A stretch of DNA of 61,237 bases, taken from positions 3,226-64,462 of the forward strand of contig VBAX01000050.1 of assembly GCA_005883075.1 (NCBI GenBank). The letters run 5' to 3'. This document shows positions 1-9,809 of this stretch, one piece after another. Made by a program: the position numbers and the translations under genes. Origin of the DNA: Candidatus Bathyarchaeota archaeon. GTDB taxonomy: Archaea; Thermoproteota; Bathyarchaeia; 40CM-2-53-6. A model generated the notes under the pieces. It worked only from the letters and a program-made list of their open reading frames with translations. It was not told where the DNA came from and ran no database searches. Position 1 is the first letter of the stretch. Every line of letters starts with the position of its first letter.

Positions 1-1308
1 GGCTGCATCGGGACCCATTACAGCTATCTCGGCCGAAGGCCAGGCAAGCTTCACATCAGCCCTGATATGTTTGCTTCCAAGCACGTCGTAGGCACCCCCG
101 TACGCCTTTCTTACGATTACAGTAAGTTTGGGAAGAGAGGCTTCGCAGTAGGCATAGAGGAGCTTTGACCCATGCCGAATTATCCCGTTATGCTCCTGTT
201 CTATCCCCGGCAAGAACCCAGGCACATCCACCAGGGTCAGGATTGGGATGTTGAAAGCATCACAGAACCTGACGAAGCGTGCAGCCTTGACGGAGGAATC
301 AATGTCAAGGGTCCCGGCGTTAACCTTAGGCTGGTTCGCAACGATCCCAATCGAGTATCCGCTTAGTCTGGCAAGTCCGATGACGATATTCTGAGCCCAG
401 AGAGGCTGTATCTCAAACAGTTCGCTTCCATCAACGATTCGGGTTATGACATCCCGGACATCGTACGCCTTGTCCGGGTTGTCAGGCAGGACATTGTTGA
501 GCTCACTCTTGTCCCCGACGGGTGGTTTTGGCTTGGCTCTAGGCGGGTCTTCGGTGTTGTTGGACGGGAAGAAGCTCAAGAGTTTCCGGATTTGCTGTAA
601 TCCTTCCTGCTCGTTCTGTGCGAAAAAGTGCGCGACTCCGCTCTTGGTGTTGTGCAGTCTTGCGCCTCCAAGCTCTTCGAAATCAACGTCCTGATTGAGA
701 ACGGCCTTGATGACGTCGGGTCCCGTTATGAACATGTAGCTCGTCTTGTCGACCATTATTGTGAAATCTGTCATGGCGGGGGAATATACCGCGCCTCCCG
801 CGCACGGACCCATCACAGCCGATATCTGCGGGATCACTCCCGAGGCAAGGACGTTGCGAAAGAATATCTCAGCATAACCCCCCAGGCTGACAACTCCTTC
901 TTGGATTCGGGCCCCGCCCGAATCGTTAATCCCGACAACCGGGACCCCAGTCTTGAGGGCGAGATCCATTATTTTCGTCACCTTCCTGGCGAACATTTCT
1001 CCCAGAGAGCCTCCGAAGACGGTGAAGTCGTGAGAGAACAAATAGACCGTTCTTCCGTCAACCTTGCCATAACCCGTTACGACCCCGTCGCCGAGAATCT
1101 TTTTCTCAGCCATGCCGAAGTCGGCAGTCTGATGAACCACGAACCTATCCAATTCCACAAAACTGCCAGGGTCCACGAGTGCGACAATTCTCTCTCTCGC
1201 GGTCATTTTTCCCTTGGAGTGCTGGTCCTCGACCTTGTCCCTGCCGCCTCCTTCCTGAGACTTTTCCCTGAGTTCACCGAGTTCTTTCGACAGTTCCTTC
1301 ATCGTCAT
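1..1308 (-). CDS. pccB: Acyl-CoA (propionyl/acetyl-CoA) carboxylase carboxyltransferase subunit, 3'-truncated by the window edge
   Basis: Not in the ORF track. My translation from ATG 1308 gives [10 protein letters not shown]...GKMTARERI...[10 protein letters not shown]...[11 protein letters not shown]...[16 protein letters not shown]...MFITGPDV...[10 protein letters not shown]...[15 protein letters not shown], open to position 1. Confidence 0.93.
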   Translation of the reverse strand, partial: MTMKELSKELGELREKSQEGGGRDKVEDQHSKGKMTARERIVALVDPGSFVELDRFVVHQTADFGMAEKKILGDGVVTGYGKVDGRTVYLFSHDFTVFGGSLGEMFARKVTKIMDLALKTGVPVVGINDSGGARIQEGVVSLGGYAEIFFRNVLASGVIPQISAVMGPCAGGAVYSPAMTDFTIMVDKTSYMFITGPDVIKAVLNQDVDFEELGGARLHNTKSGVAHFFAQNEQEGLQQIRKLLSFFPSNNTEDPPRAKPKPPVGDKSELNNVLPDNPDKAYDVRDVITRIVDGSELFEIQPLWAQNIVIGLARLSGYSIGIVANQPKVNAGTLDIDSSVKAARFVRFCDAFNIPILTLVDVPGFLPGIEQEHNGIIRHGSKLLYAYCEASLPKLTVIVRKAYGGAYDVLGSKHIRADVKLAWPSAEIAVMGPDAA

Positions 1309-1362
1309 GGTTGTTTGGCGCTCGTTGGAGAGGCCTCCCGTATTAAAGTACGGAAGACGAGC

Positions 1363-2073
1363 TCAGGTGTCCAGTCGCAAAGTTCCATTGGTAACTGGTA
1401 CGATTCCGTTGTCTGTCTCGACGTTGAGGGTTCCGTCAGAGTTTACTCCGATACATTTCCCTTTGATGAGACGGTTGCCAGTGTTGATTCTCACAGCTTT
1501 CATTCTGTGGAAGCAATGATTCCACCACTCACTCATGATCGACCGTGGGTCCCAGAGTCTTTTGTAGTGTTTGGCGAAGGCCGATAGAACTGAGCCTAGA
1601 GTCTCTTCCAAGTCGATCTTTCGACAAGTGTCCATCAAAATCGAGGTTGCTCCTACCGGTAGTTCCTTGGTGGACAGGTTCACGTTGAGGCCCACTCCTA
1701 CGATTGCGTACCCAATCTTTGAGCCGCTGATCTTTGTCTCGATGAGTATTCCTGCTAGTTTTTTTGAATGTACTACGAGGTCGTTAGGCCATTTTACCTC
1801 CGGTTGAAGGCTGGACACCCTCTCAATGGCTTCACGCAGTGCGTTTGCGAACGAGAATTGAAGAAGGGGAATCTGCTCGACTGGTATTTTTGGTCTGATG
1901 ATTACTGAGAACCAGAGGCCACCTTTGGGTGAGTCCCAGGTACGACCCGATTGGCCTCTTCCTTTCGTCTGAACCTCGGAGACAACAACTGTCCATTCTT
2001 CACCGCCCTTTTCGGCCAGGGTCTTGGATTTAGTATTCGTTGAGGAGATCCGTTTGTATCTGATGATCTTCAG
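1363..2073 (-). CDS. birA: Biotin--[acetyl-CoA carboxylase] ligase (no N-terminal HTH), probable CTG start
   Basis: VKWPND and KKLAGILIE motifs lie in the track ORF. The frame extends upstream through KIIRYKRISSTN...QTKGRGQSGRTWDSPKGGLWFS to a TAA stop. Adjacent to the carboxyltransferase gene. Confidence 0.88.
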   Translation of the reverse strand: MKIIRYKRISSTNTKSKTLAEKGGEEWTVVVSEVQTKGRGQSGRTWDSPKGGLWFSVIIRPKIPVEQIPLLQFSFANALREAIERVSSLQPEVKWPNDLVVHSKKLAGILIETKISGSKIGYAIVGVGLNVNLSTKELPVGATSILMDTCRKIDLEETLGSVLSAFAKHYKRLWDPRSIMSEWWNHCFHRMKAVRINTGNRLIKGKCIGVNSDGTLNVETDNGIVPVTNGTLRLDT

Positions 2074-2110
2074 CCTGCAGTCCCATTATGGGATAATTGA
2101 AGACCCGTTT

Positions 2111-2794
2111 TTAGGTGTAGTTTGTGCAGAGCGGTCTCAGGGCTTGTGGAAACGGAAGCCATCTGGTGTAGATGTTGTCGGCGAAGTTGAGTGTTCGCAT
2201 CTCGACTGTTAGGGCTCCTTCGTTGTCTTGGTCTCGGAATTCGAGGACGATGTCGGCGAATCGTTTGACCATCTCGACCATGGGCTTCTCGTGAATGTCC
2301 TCTTTTATGACCAGAATCGCGGTTCTCTTTCTTAGTCGGACCCTTGAGGCGAGTTGGCAGAAGAATGAGTAGAAGCTCTCTGGTGATCCGATGCTCTTGA
2401 TGATGTTGTCGAGAAAGTCACCCAGAATTACTTGAGCTCCCTCGCCCTGGGAGGCTTTTTCGATGAATAAGTTGATCTCCAACAAGTTGTCCGGGGAAAT
2501 TATCTCTACGTCGCTGGAAGGGTGAGACATTGAGGTTCCGTCAACAAAAGTAACCCATCCGATTTTGCCGGTCCAGTCGGTGGAGAGATCCTCCGGGGCG
2601 GTTGGTCCCAAGACAAGTGTTGGGGAAGGGCCTTCAGGGCCGATTGCTTCTTTCAGGATTAGGCTCATGGTTTCCTTGACGCTAACGTTGCCTTTGACGC
2701 ATACCACTACCAAACGATACTGGTCTAAGGTTCCGCGGTTAAGGAGGGGTTTGCCTTGGTCGAGTCGCGTAAAGCTGAGTTTTCGTGTTGCCAT
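2111..2794 (-). CDS. RAD55/KaiC-like (RecA-fold) protein lacking Walker A, DUF835-like
   Basis: VILGDFLDN, LVIKEDIHE and FADIVLEFR resemble the RAD55 C-terminal half. No GxxxxGK[ST] motif. Confidence 0.55.
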   Translation of the reverse strand: MATRKLSFTRLDQGKPLLNRGTLDQYRLVVVCVKGNVSVKETMSLILKEAIGPEGPSPTLVLGPTAPEDLSTDWTGKIGWVTFVDGTSMSHPSSDVEIISPDNLLEINLFIEKASQGEGAQVILGDFLDNIIKSIGSPESFYSFFCQLASRVRLRKRTAILVIKEDIHEKPMVEMVKRFADIVLEFRDQDNEGALTVEMRTLNFADNIYTRWLPFPQALRPLCTNYT

Positions 2795-3227
2795 GTAAGT
2801 TGCCTTTTTGGGAAACTACCTTTTTGAGGTAACAAGGTTATTAGAATGTCGGCATCATGCCTGTCTAAGAAGGCAGCCCATTCCTATGGGCACGCTCGGG
2901 ATGGTTGATATGAACATGCTAGCCATCTTATCCATTCCTACGGAAAAGAGTATACTTCTACGCTAAACGACCTCAAAATACCCCTCCAGCCGCTTTTCTA
3001 CCGGGATGCTATTTAACTGAAACAACGGAATATGGTAAATTCCATGGCCCCTGTTCACGCCTCCGCATCAACATCCCACTTCGTAACCATCGATTGAAAC
3101 TAAGCCCTTCCGCCGTGCAAATTTTTCGTCCAGCAATCTCTTTCAAAATAAGCATTCTTTCTCGACCCCCGGGGGTGGTCGATTTTCCCGCGCCCCGCCC
3201 TTCGTGGCGCGAAACAAAACCGGATAT

Positions 3228-3439
3228 GGAATCGCCCATTATCAGCCCTGATCTAGAATCTGGCGCGATGGCCGTTAATTGCATAGCAAACCGTTCTTGA
3301 CGACTTGTTAAAACGCCATCTGATCCAAGCCTGGTCTGTGCCCTGAATCGCCTTTCTTGCCAATAATCACTGGCAGACAGCGAATTTTCTCTAGCCTAGG
3401 GGGGTCTTAGCGATCGACTCTCGCGACGCAAAAGAGGCG
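3228..3439 (+). repeat. Dispersed ~215-bp intergenic element, copy A
   Basis: Aligns by eye along its length with 32060-32274 (+) and 40121-40345 (-). Confidence 0.85.
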
Positions 3440-3522
3440 AATCTGGAGAGCACGCAAAAACTAAACTCGCCTGCCTGACACGCTGTCAAGCAGAGACCGA
3501 CGCGAGTAAGGCGAGTATCAGC

Positions 3523-3927
3523 CTAGTCGGTCGGCGAAGGACGCTGCGACATGCCGGCCTGACCTGTCCCGGAAGCGGTCCCAGGTCGCATCTCGAGCTG
3601 GCTCATAACCATGAGCAAACTGCGAATCTCGTCGATACTACGGAGGTTCGTCTGCAACTGATTCCGATATTCCTCCCTCGTCGACTTATACTCCTGCTCA
3701 GGAATATCGCCGGACATAAAACGGCTCTCCAAGCCAAGCAGGTTCTGGGGAGCATTAGTAACTTGATCCCTGAGATCCCGGACCCTTCGGGTAAGATTCT
3801 CGCCGAGCTGGGCCATCTTTTCAGCCATAGCCCGATTGGCCCTGGTGTATTCCTCCTTCAGCATAGCTAGCCTCTGGCGGAAACCGTTGATCTCAGTAAC
3901 TACCTTGTCTATCGCTACCTCACTCAT
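3523..3927 (-). CDS. Coiled-coil hypothetical protein (possibly CdvA-like/SHOCT-type motif)
   Basis: Heptad-rich helical sequence with an ESRFMSGDIPEQEY segment. Confidence 0.6.
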   Translation of the reverse strand: MSEVAIDKVVTEINGFRQRLAMLKEEYTRANRAMAEKMAQLGENLTRRVRDLRDQVTNAPQNLLGLESRFMSGDIPEQEYKSTREEYRNQLQTNLRSIDEIRSLLMVMSQLEMRPGTASGTGQAGMSQRPSPTD

Positions 3928-4025
3928 CTGATCGCACCGAAGAGTAGGCTGAGAGACGATAAAGCCGGAATTACAGCTGTTGTAACCAGAAACGCTGAGA
4001 AACAGTAACCTAAGATCGAGAAGAG

Positions 4026-4280
4026 CTAATGCTTTTCGTCAGGCTTCGAACCGGTTCCAGTAGTGCTTGGCTCAGCTTCCAACGGTGCCGGAGGCGGAGT
4101 TGTGAGCATTGTCCAGCCTATCCATCCTGTTATGCCAAGGATTCCTAGAACTCCCAGGACGACTGGGATCTCGATTGCATACGTCCGCCACGGTTCACCC
4201 GTCAAAGAAATCAAATAGACGATGAACACGATCGCGGAGACAGCGAATATCAGACCGCCATAGGACTGGTCTTTGTTCAA
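4026..4280 (-). CDS. Small two-TM membrane protein
   Basis: Two hydrophobic segments followed by a TPPP tail; lies downstream of thrS. Confidence 0.7.
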   Translation of the reverse strand: MNKDQSYGGLIFAVSAIVFIVYLISLTGEPWRTYAIEIPVVLGVLGILGITGWIGWTMLTTPPPAPLEAEPSTTGTGSKPDEKH

Positions 4281-4350
4281 GTCAAGCTATCACTTATCGC
4301 GACCGGCTATGAAAGGGTGCATATAAATTGCTTATTCTCCCTCGCTCAAC

Positions 4351-6195
4351 TTACATTCTCTTGTAGCCCGGACGCTGAGAGAGCAAGACTGGATAGGTAA
4401 GAGGCCTTACCGGGTATCCTTCAACTTCACCCTTGAGTCGTTTCAAGAACGCGGTCAAACCGATCTTGCTCTCCTTTGAATCGGCCCTCGATCTGACCGA
4501 GAGCTGCTTTGTCTTGATCTCTTTTTCCCCGTAGATCACAATGAAAGGTATCCAGCTGAGCTCAGCGTCGCGCACCTTACTCTGCATCGTATCATCTCGA
4601 TCATCGAGATCAGCTCTAATCCCAGCCTTCTCCAGTGTGCCGAGTAGTTTCATTCCTTGTTTAACGAACTGTTGCGCGACCGGGATGATTCGAACTTGGG
4701 TTGGTGAGACCCAGACCGGAAGCATCGGTTTCCTGCCCTGTCTCTCCAAACGAACCGCGGAATCAAGAAGAGTGAAGAGGTATCGTTCCAGTCCACCTAT
4801 CACGGCTGTGTGAATGATTACGGGGAACTGCTTCTCGCCCTTCTCATCCGCATATGCTATTCCGAACCGTTTCGCGTTTCCGACGTCGATCTGAAAAGTC
4901 CCGATCTCCCGAGGTCTATCCAGATCGTCTATGATATTGTACTCCACGTTTAGGACCCAGTAGTACAGCCCTTCAGGAACGAAGTTGAGCAGTATCGGCT
5001 TCTTCTCCACCTTCACCAGTTCCATGAACGCGTCTTTGTTTGCATCAAAGAATGATCGTGTAGTGTTGTAGAGCGAGACGTATTCTCTGTTCAGCTTCCT
5101 GATCTCTTCATAGATCGTACGATGTATCTTGTCTCCGATCCGTATCGCTTCGGCGACACTCTTCAGGTAGATGTGCAAATCAGGCATGAGAAATTTTCTT
5201 AGCCTGAAAGAGAGGAGCAACTCGCCGCTCTGCTCCATTCTGTAGCTATCCGCTACCTCGAACGTCCCGAACGGCAGTGTCCGGTAGCTTAGAGTCCAGT
5301 CTTTGACCATTGAGAATTGCTGGAAGCATGCAGCGTATCTCAGAACAAATGTTCTCTCGTCCACCTTCACCTCGTAGGCTCTGTACCCGACCAGTTGGAG
5401 GTGTTCTTTTATCGGCTTTACTGCGACATCGAACATGTTGGTTCCTTTCACGTTCAGTATCGGGATACCAATCCGTCGGATTACTTGTCCCGCATATTCT
5501 GCCAGTAGGTCCATTATCAGGTTGGACTCGGGTCCGAACCTCATTTGACCCACATCCGCAAAGGATTCCCACTCGATACCGAGTCGACGGGCATAATCCA
5601 GAAAATGCGGCTCGCCTCCTGTCAGCCCCTTCTTGAGAGCTTCTTTTTCGACAAGAGACTTGAATTCGGCGTCATGCGGCCCGAAGAAGAAATCTTCCGG
5701 CGAGTGTAGTTTTCCCTCCCGGTCCATGATGACATATTCGGTCTTGACCGCAGGCGCAGCCTGTCGTGATTTCGTATCCACTGTAATGGTTCTAGAAAGC
5801 TCGGATAGAGGATGTCCCTTAGCGGTTATCGTGAAGCTCTTGTACCATCCGAAGGGGCTTCTGCTAACCTCGTACCCCTTCTGAGCGAGCTTTTCTTCCA
5901 AGGCCTTGAGGATCGAGATTGCCGGCTCGCGGGAGCTCGTCGACAAATGGGCGTATGGATACACCATCACCTTCTTTGTCTTCAGCCATCCTAGTACCTC
6001 CTCAATTGAAGAGGCCGCGTTTGATGCGATCTGGTCAGGCTCTTGCTCGTCATTCTTCTCGACAGTCGAGAAGACGACAAGACCGTTCTCGAGGGTCCCC
6101 CTCTTGTGCGACTCGTCGAGAGGTTCAGGTTCTTTCACTGCCTTTTCTCGGGCTTCGTATTCGAATCGATCTGCATGAACTAAAAGGAGTCTCAT
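4351..6195 (-). CDS. thrS: Threonyl-tRNA synthetase, archaeal type with N-terminal editing domain
   Basis: MRLLLVHAD editing-domain start; YAACF, MPDLH and IHTA zinc ligands; C-terminal anticodon-binding domain. Confidence 0.96.
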   Translation of the reverse strand: MRLLLVHADRFEYEAREKAVKEPEPLDESHKRGTLENGLVVFSTVEKNDEQEPDQIASNAASSIEEVLGWLKTKKVMVYPYAHLSTSSREPAISILKALEEKLAQKGYEVSRSPFGWYKSFTITAKGHPLSELSRTITVDTKSRQAAPAVKTEYVIMDREGKLHSPEDFFFGPHDAEFKSLVEKEALKKGLTGGEPHFLDYARRLGIEWESFADVGQMRFGPESNLIMDLLAEYAGQVIRRIGIPILNVKGTNMFDVAVKPIKEHLQLVGYRAYEVKVDERTFVLRYAACFQQFSMVKDWTLSYRTLPFGTFEVADSYRMEQSGELLLSFRLRKFLMPDLHIYLKSVAEAIRIGDKIHRTIYEEIRKLNREYVSLYNTTRSFFDANKDAFMELVKVEKKPILLNFVPEGLYYWVLNVEYNIIDDLDRPREIGTFQIDVGNAKRFGIAYADEKGEKQFPVIIHTAVIGGLERYLFTLLDSAVRLERQGRKPMLPVWVSPTQVRIIPVAQQFVKQGMKLLGTLEKAGIRADLDDRDDTMQSKVRDAELSWIPFIVIYGEKEIKTKQLSVRSRADSKESKIGLTAFLKRLKGEVEGYPVRPLTYPVLLSQRPGYKRM

Positions 6196-6398
6196 CGTTT
6201 CATCCTCCACTGCTCAATCTGCTTATCCTTCTTGAGCTTCTTCTTGAGTTCTTTGTAGTGGCTCTTGCAGAGATAGCCTCTGCCTGAAGTGGAGGCCTTC
6301 AAACCAGCCCTTGAAATCTCCTCTAAAGAGATGGAGCGTACGGCGTCCTCTTTGCACCCGACAACGGAGCATTTGACGCCCTTTCCAACCTTACCCAA
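6192..6398 (-). CDS. Small basic zinc-finger protein (C-x4-C...C-x2-H)
   Basis: CSVVGC and LCKSHY motifs; the stop overlaps the thrS ATG (ATGA). Confidence 0.75.
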   Translation of the reverse strand: MGKVGKGVKCSVVGCKEDAVRSISLEEISRAGLKASTSGRGYLCKSHYKELKKKLKKDKQIEQWRMKR

Positions 6399-6500
6399 AC
6401 ACGACGACCTTCGTCGTCGCTCCCCTACCCCATAATAGAAGGTTTTGTGAAGAACGACAACCCTCTAATGCCGGCTCCAAATGGGGAAAGTCCCAGTCAC

Positions 6501-7100
6501 ATGCTCTCGAAAATCCAATACCTTGTAGAAGGGCATTTTCAACGGGCGGCAGGAGCATTCAACAAAACTGGATTCACTCCGAACTCGGTAACCTCGATCG
6601 GTTTTCTCTTGACCCTAGCCGCTTCACTGCTTTACTCGTCGGGCCTTGGAACCGTTTGGCTAGTCTGGGGAACTGTCTTGGCACTCCTAATTGGCGCCTA
6701 CTTCGACGCGATAGACGGGGCCATGGCCCGCCGGTACCATCAGACTTCCAAAATGGGAGGAATACTGGACAGTGTTTTGGATCGGGTTGGTGAGATAACA
6801 CTCTACGCCGGTCTCTTCGCGGGAGGTCTCGTCCCGGGATGGCTGTCTCTGTGGACGCTTTCAGCTTCTTTGATGGTAAGCTACGTTAGAGCGCGAGTCG
6901 ATGTCGAGGGTGTAAAACTGAAAGGCGTCGGATTAGCCGAGCGCCCCGAACGCCTTCTAATTCTAATGATCGCAACAATATTTGCCGCATTCAACTCCTT
7001 GTCGTTGGAATTGGGGGCTGGGCTAGTCGCGCTGCTGTCCACTGTAACTATTGTCGAGCGTCTTTACAGAACTCGAGTCGAACTTTCAGGTTCTGGCTGA
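6501..7100 (+). CDS. CDP-alcohol phosphatidyltransferase (archaetidylinositol-phosphate synthase-like)
   Basis: DAIDGAMAR...G..LDSVLDR signature; multiple TM segments. Confidence 0.9.
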   Translation: MLSKIQYLVEGHFQRAAGAFNKTGFTPNSVTSIGFLLTLAASLLYSSGLGTVWLVWGTVLALLIGAYFDAIDGAMARRYHQTSKMGGILDSVLDRVGEITLYAGLFAGGLVPGWLSLWTLSASLMVSYVRARVDVEGVKLKGVGLAERPERLLILMIATIFAAFNSLSLELGAGLVALLSTVTIVERLYRTRVELSGSG

Positions 7101-7108
7101 GACTCCGC

Positions 7109-7381
7109 TTAGAGGCGTCTGTCTTCCGCGGACCTCACCTTGGAGACCCCGAAATGCACGGCACAGGAAACGCAGAGGTTCTTCATGACTCTTTGTCGTG
7201 CGATGTAGGCTCCTCGAGCTCTCAGTTCCTTTGCCAGCGACGGCTCAACCAAGGACACCCAGCTAGTCACCCTCTTGACCTTATCTCGTGGCGTCAGCAT
7301 TCCACAATTCGCGCATTGGACCAGCTCGCTTCTTCCCTTGCCTCCTTTGCTTCGTCCCCTAGACCGTCTCTTCTTAGGCAA
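7109..7381 (-). CDS. rps26e: 30S ribosomal protein S26e
   Basis: MPKKRRSRGR, CANCG..PRDK and CVSCAVH motifs. Confidence 0.95.
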   Translation of the reverse strand: MPKKRRSRGRSKGGKGRSELVQCANCGMLTPRDKVKRVTSWVSLVEPSLAKELRARGAYIARQRVMKNLCVSCAVHFGVSKVRSAEDRRL

Positions 7382-7467
7382 TATCTAACAATCCTACCTT
7401 TCGAGGAGCGCCATGAGTACATAATCTCTTCCCGGAGAGTGAATCTTGGTCAACGGAGGGCTAACCG

Positions 7468-8370
7468 GTGAGAATTGGGGTCTATGGCAACCTTACTCTC
7501 GACGAGCTTGACCAAAACGGCAAACTTGTGGTCCGACCAGGCGGTTCCGCCCTCTACTCATCTCTTGCCGCCGCTTACTTTGGCGCAAGAGTATCAATCT
7601 ACTCCATGATTGGTAGCGATTATCCGAGAAACATCCTATCCTCGCTAAAGAACCGCGGAATAGATGTTTTTGGCGTCAACAAGCTCCAGGGCCCGACTAC
7701 TCGGTTCAAGATATCCTACCTCGCAGATTCGCGAAGGTTAGAACTGATTAATCCCGGCCAAAAACTCAAACCTAGCAGCACTCGTGATTCTCTGCACGCC
7801 ATTCACCTTGGCCCTGTCTTTTTGGAAATTGGATTGGACACGCTACATTACGCCCGCTATCACTCCAAATTCCTCTCACTTGATGTTCAGGGACTCTTAC
7901 GAACTGAACGGCCCAAAGGGTTTGTTCGTCTAGCAAGGAAAAGAATCGACCAGTTCCTGTCAAAGTGCAATCTGGTGAAGGCAACGGAAGACGAAGCTGG
8001 CGTCATTGCCCCCGCTCCGACCATAGTCTCGACCGCAAGACGGCTCTTGCACAAGGGGCCTCAGTACGTGATAATCACGCGAGGCCGATCTGGCTCTCTT
8101 CTGGTGGAAAAAGAAGGTGGTGCTCTCCATATTCCATCAGTACCTGAAGCCAGAGTAGTTGATCTGACTGGGGCGGGAGATATTTTCGTCGGTAGCTGGC
8201 TTGCGACTTTCTTGTCTGTGCGGGATGCTCTATGGGCTGGCGCCGTGGGTGCTGCATTTGCCTCTCTTTCGGTGCGGGGCTTTGGGGCCTCGAAGTTCCG
8301 ATTTGCTAGGGAAGAACTGTTCCGGCGAGCTTCGTGGGCTTACAAGAACTCAAGACTTGTCAAGGACTAA
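7468..8370 (+). CDS. PfkB/ribokinase-family carbohydrate kinase
   Basis: PGGSALY near the N-terminus and the DLTGAGDIF signature. Confidence 0.88.
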   Translation: MRIGVYGNLTLDELDQNGKLVVRPGGSALYSSLAAAYFGARVSIYSMIGSDYPRNILSSLKNRGIDVFGVNKLQGPTTRFKISYLADSRRLELINPGQKLKPSSTRDSLHAIHLGPVFLEIGLDTLHYARYHSKFLSLDVQGLLRTERPKGFVRLARKRIDQFLSKCNLVKATEDEAGVIAPAPTIVSTARRLLHKGPQYVIITRGRSGSLLVEKEGGALHIPSVPEARVVDLTGAGDIFVGSWLATFLSVRDALWAGAVGAAFASLSVRGFGASKFRFAREELFRRASWAYKNSRLVKD

Positions 8371-9809
8371 TAGGAGCGCGCGAAGTAAACCTCGATGGAA
8401 TTGTCCGCTCCGCAGTATACGCACTTGCCTTTTTTCGCCGCTTTCATGGGCACGACTCGTACCGTCGCTCCAGTTTCGATTTTGATCTTTTCTTCACAAG
8501 AGTCGTCGGAGAGAAAGGCTTTGATGAACCCTCCTTTTTCTTCCAAGACCTTCTTGAACGATTGCATATCCGTCGCTGTGGTCGTCAGACCGTCGAGGGA
8601 CTTCTTTGCCCGATCGAATAAGTGGTTCTGAATCTCGCTGAGTATCTTGCTGATTCGGTCGTTCGCGTCGGATCGGTTTATTGCGATCTTCTCCCTAGTA
8701 TCCCGTCTGACCGCCGTCACCTGCTTCGCTTGGACATCTTTAGGGCCAATTTCGACACGGAGGGGAACTCCTTTCATTTCCCACTCGTGATACTTCCAAC
8801 CGGGGGTGTACTGGGCTCGATCGTCGATTAGTGTTCTTACCCCGATCTGCTCCAGCTGAGATGACAGGTATCTTACTTCATCTGAGATATCTTTCTGGTC
8901 AGTCTCTTTGTAGAAGATTGGAATGATTACGACTTGTGTAGGGGCGATCCTAGGCGGAAGGATCAATCCTCGGTCATCGCCGTGGCTAAGGATTGCCGCT
9001 CCTATGAGCCGCCAAGATAATCCCCAAGATGTTGTCCAGCCGTAGTGCTCCTTCTCATCTCTTCCAAGATACTTGATCTCAAAAGGTATTGAGAACTTTT
9101 GTCCCAGGTGGTGTGATGTTCCCATCTGTAATGCCTTGCCATCCGGCATCATAGCCTCCATTGTTGTCGTATACACTGCTCCCTTGAACTTCTCTCTCTC
9201 CGTCTTCTTGCCCACAAGAATCGGGATCGCTAATTCATCCTCGACCAGTTTCGCGTAGATGCCTAAGATGGTCATCACTTCCTCCTCGGCCTCTCGTTCC
9301 GTTTCGTGTACTGTGTGTCCCTCCTGCCAGAGGAATTCTGTCGTTCGCAGGAAGGGTCGCGTAGACGTTATCTCGGCCCTCACTACCGAGTTCCATACGT
9401 TGATGAGAATGGGTAGGTCTCGCCAGCTCTTCACCCATTTGCTGTATGACTCGTAGATGATGGTCTCAGAAGTCGGCCTCACGGCTAGCTTCTCGGCTAG
9501 TTCTGTGTCTCCCGAGTGTGTGACCCAGAAGACCTCAGGGGTGAAGCCTGCGAAGTGTTCGGTTTCCGTTTTGAGCAGTCGCTCGGGTATGAGCAGCGGG
9601 AAGTAAGCGTTCTTGTGCCCTGTTGCCTTGATCTTCTTGTCAAAATCCTCTTTGATTTTCTCCCAGATAGAATAGCCGTACGGCATTAGAACCATGAAGC
9701 CTTTCGCGCTAGAATAATCCGCTAGTTGTGCCTTGGTCACTACTTGCGTATACCATTCCGAGAGGTCTTGGTCTTTCTTTACAGTAATCCCTAGCTCTTT
9801 GCTGCTCAT
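8367..9809 (-). CDS. proS: Prolyl-tRNA synthetase, archaeal/eukaryotic type
   Basis: RPTSET, RTTEFLWQEGHT and QMGTSHHLGQ motifs; C-terminal ARSY. Confidence 0.97.
   Translation of the reverse strand: MSSKELGITVKKDQDLSEWYTQVVTKAQLADYSSAKGFMVLMPYGYSIWEKIKEDFDKKIKATGHKNAYFPLLIPERLLKTETEHFAGFTPEVFWVTHSGDTELAEKLAVRPTSETIIYESYSKWVKSWRDLPILINVWNSVVRAEITSTRPFLRTTEFLWQEGHTVHETEREAEEEVMTILGIYAKLVEDELAIPILVGKKTEREKFKGAVYTTTMEAMMPDGKALQMGTSHHLGQKFSIPFEIKYLGRDEKEHYGWTTSWGLSWRLIGAAILSHGDDRGLILPPRIAPTQVVIIPIFYKETDQKDISDEVRYLSSQLEQIGVRTLIDDRAQYTPGWKYHEWEMKGVPLRVEIGPKDVQAKQVTAVRRDTREKIAINRSDANDRISKILSEIQNHLFDRAKKSLDGLTTTATDMQSFKKVLEEKGGFIKAFLSDDSCEEKIKIETGATVRVVPMKAAKKGKCVYCGADNSIEVYFARSY

Noticed and set aside
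628-1587. 319-aa plus-strand ORF and many other long overlapping ORFs in the track (e.g. 39540..39923, 41105..41599, 31800..32285)
   Set aside because: They are antisense or alternative-frame shadows of clearly identified genes, with no recognisable motifs.
3094-3300. ORFs 3094..3300 (+) and 40236..40463 (-) share the peptide SPxISPDLESG
   Set aside because: The similarity comes from the DNA repeat. Copy B has an indel breaking this frame and the rest of the ORFs are unrelated, so they are probably non-coding.
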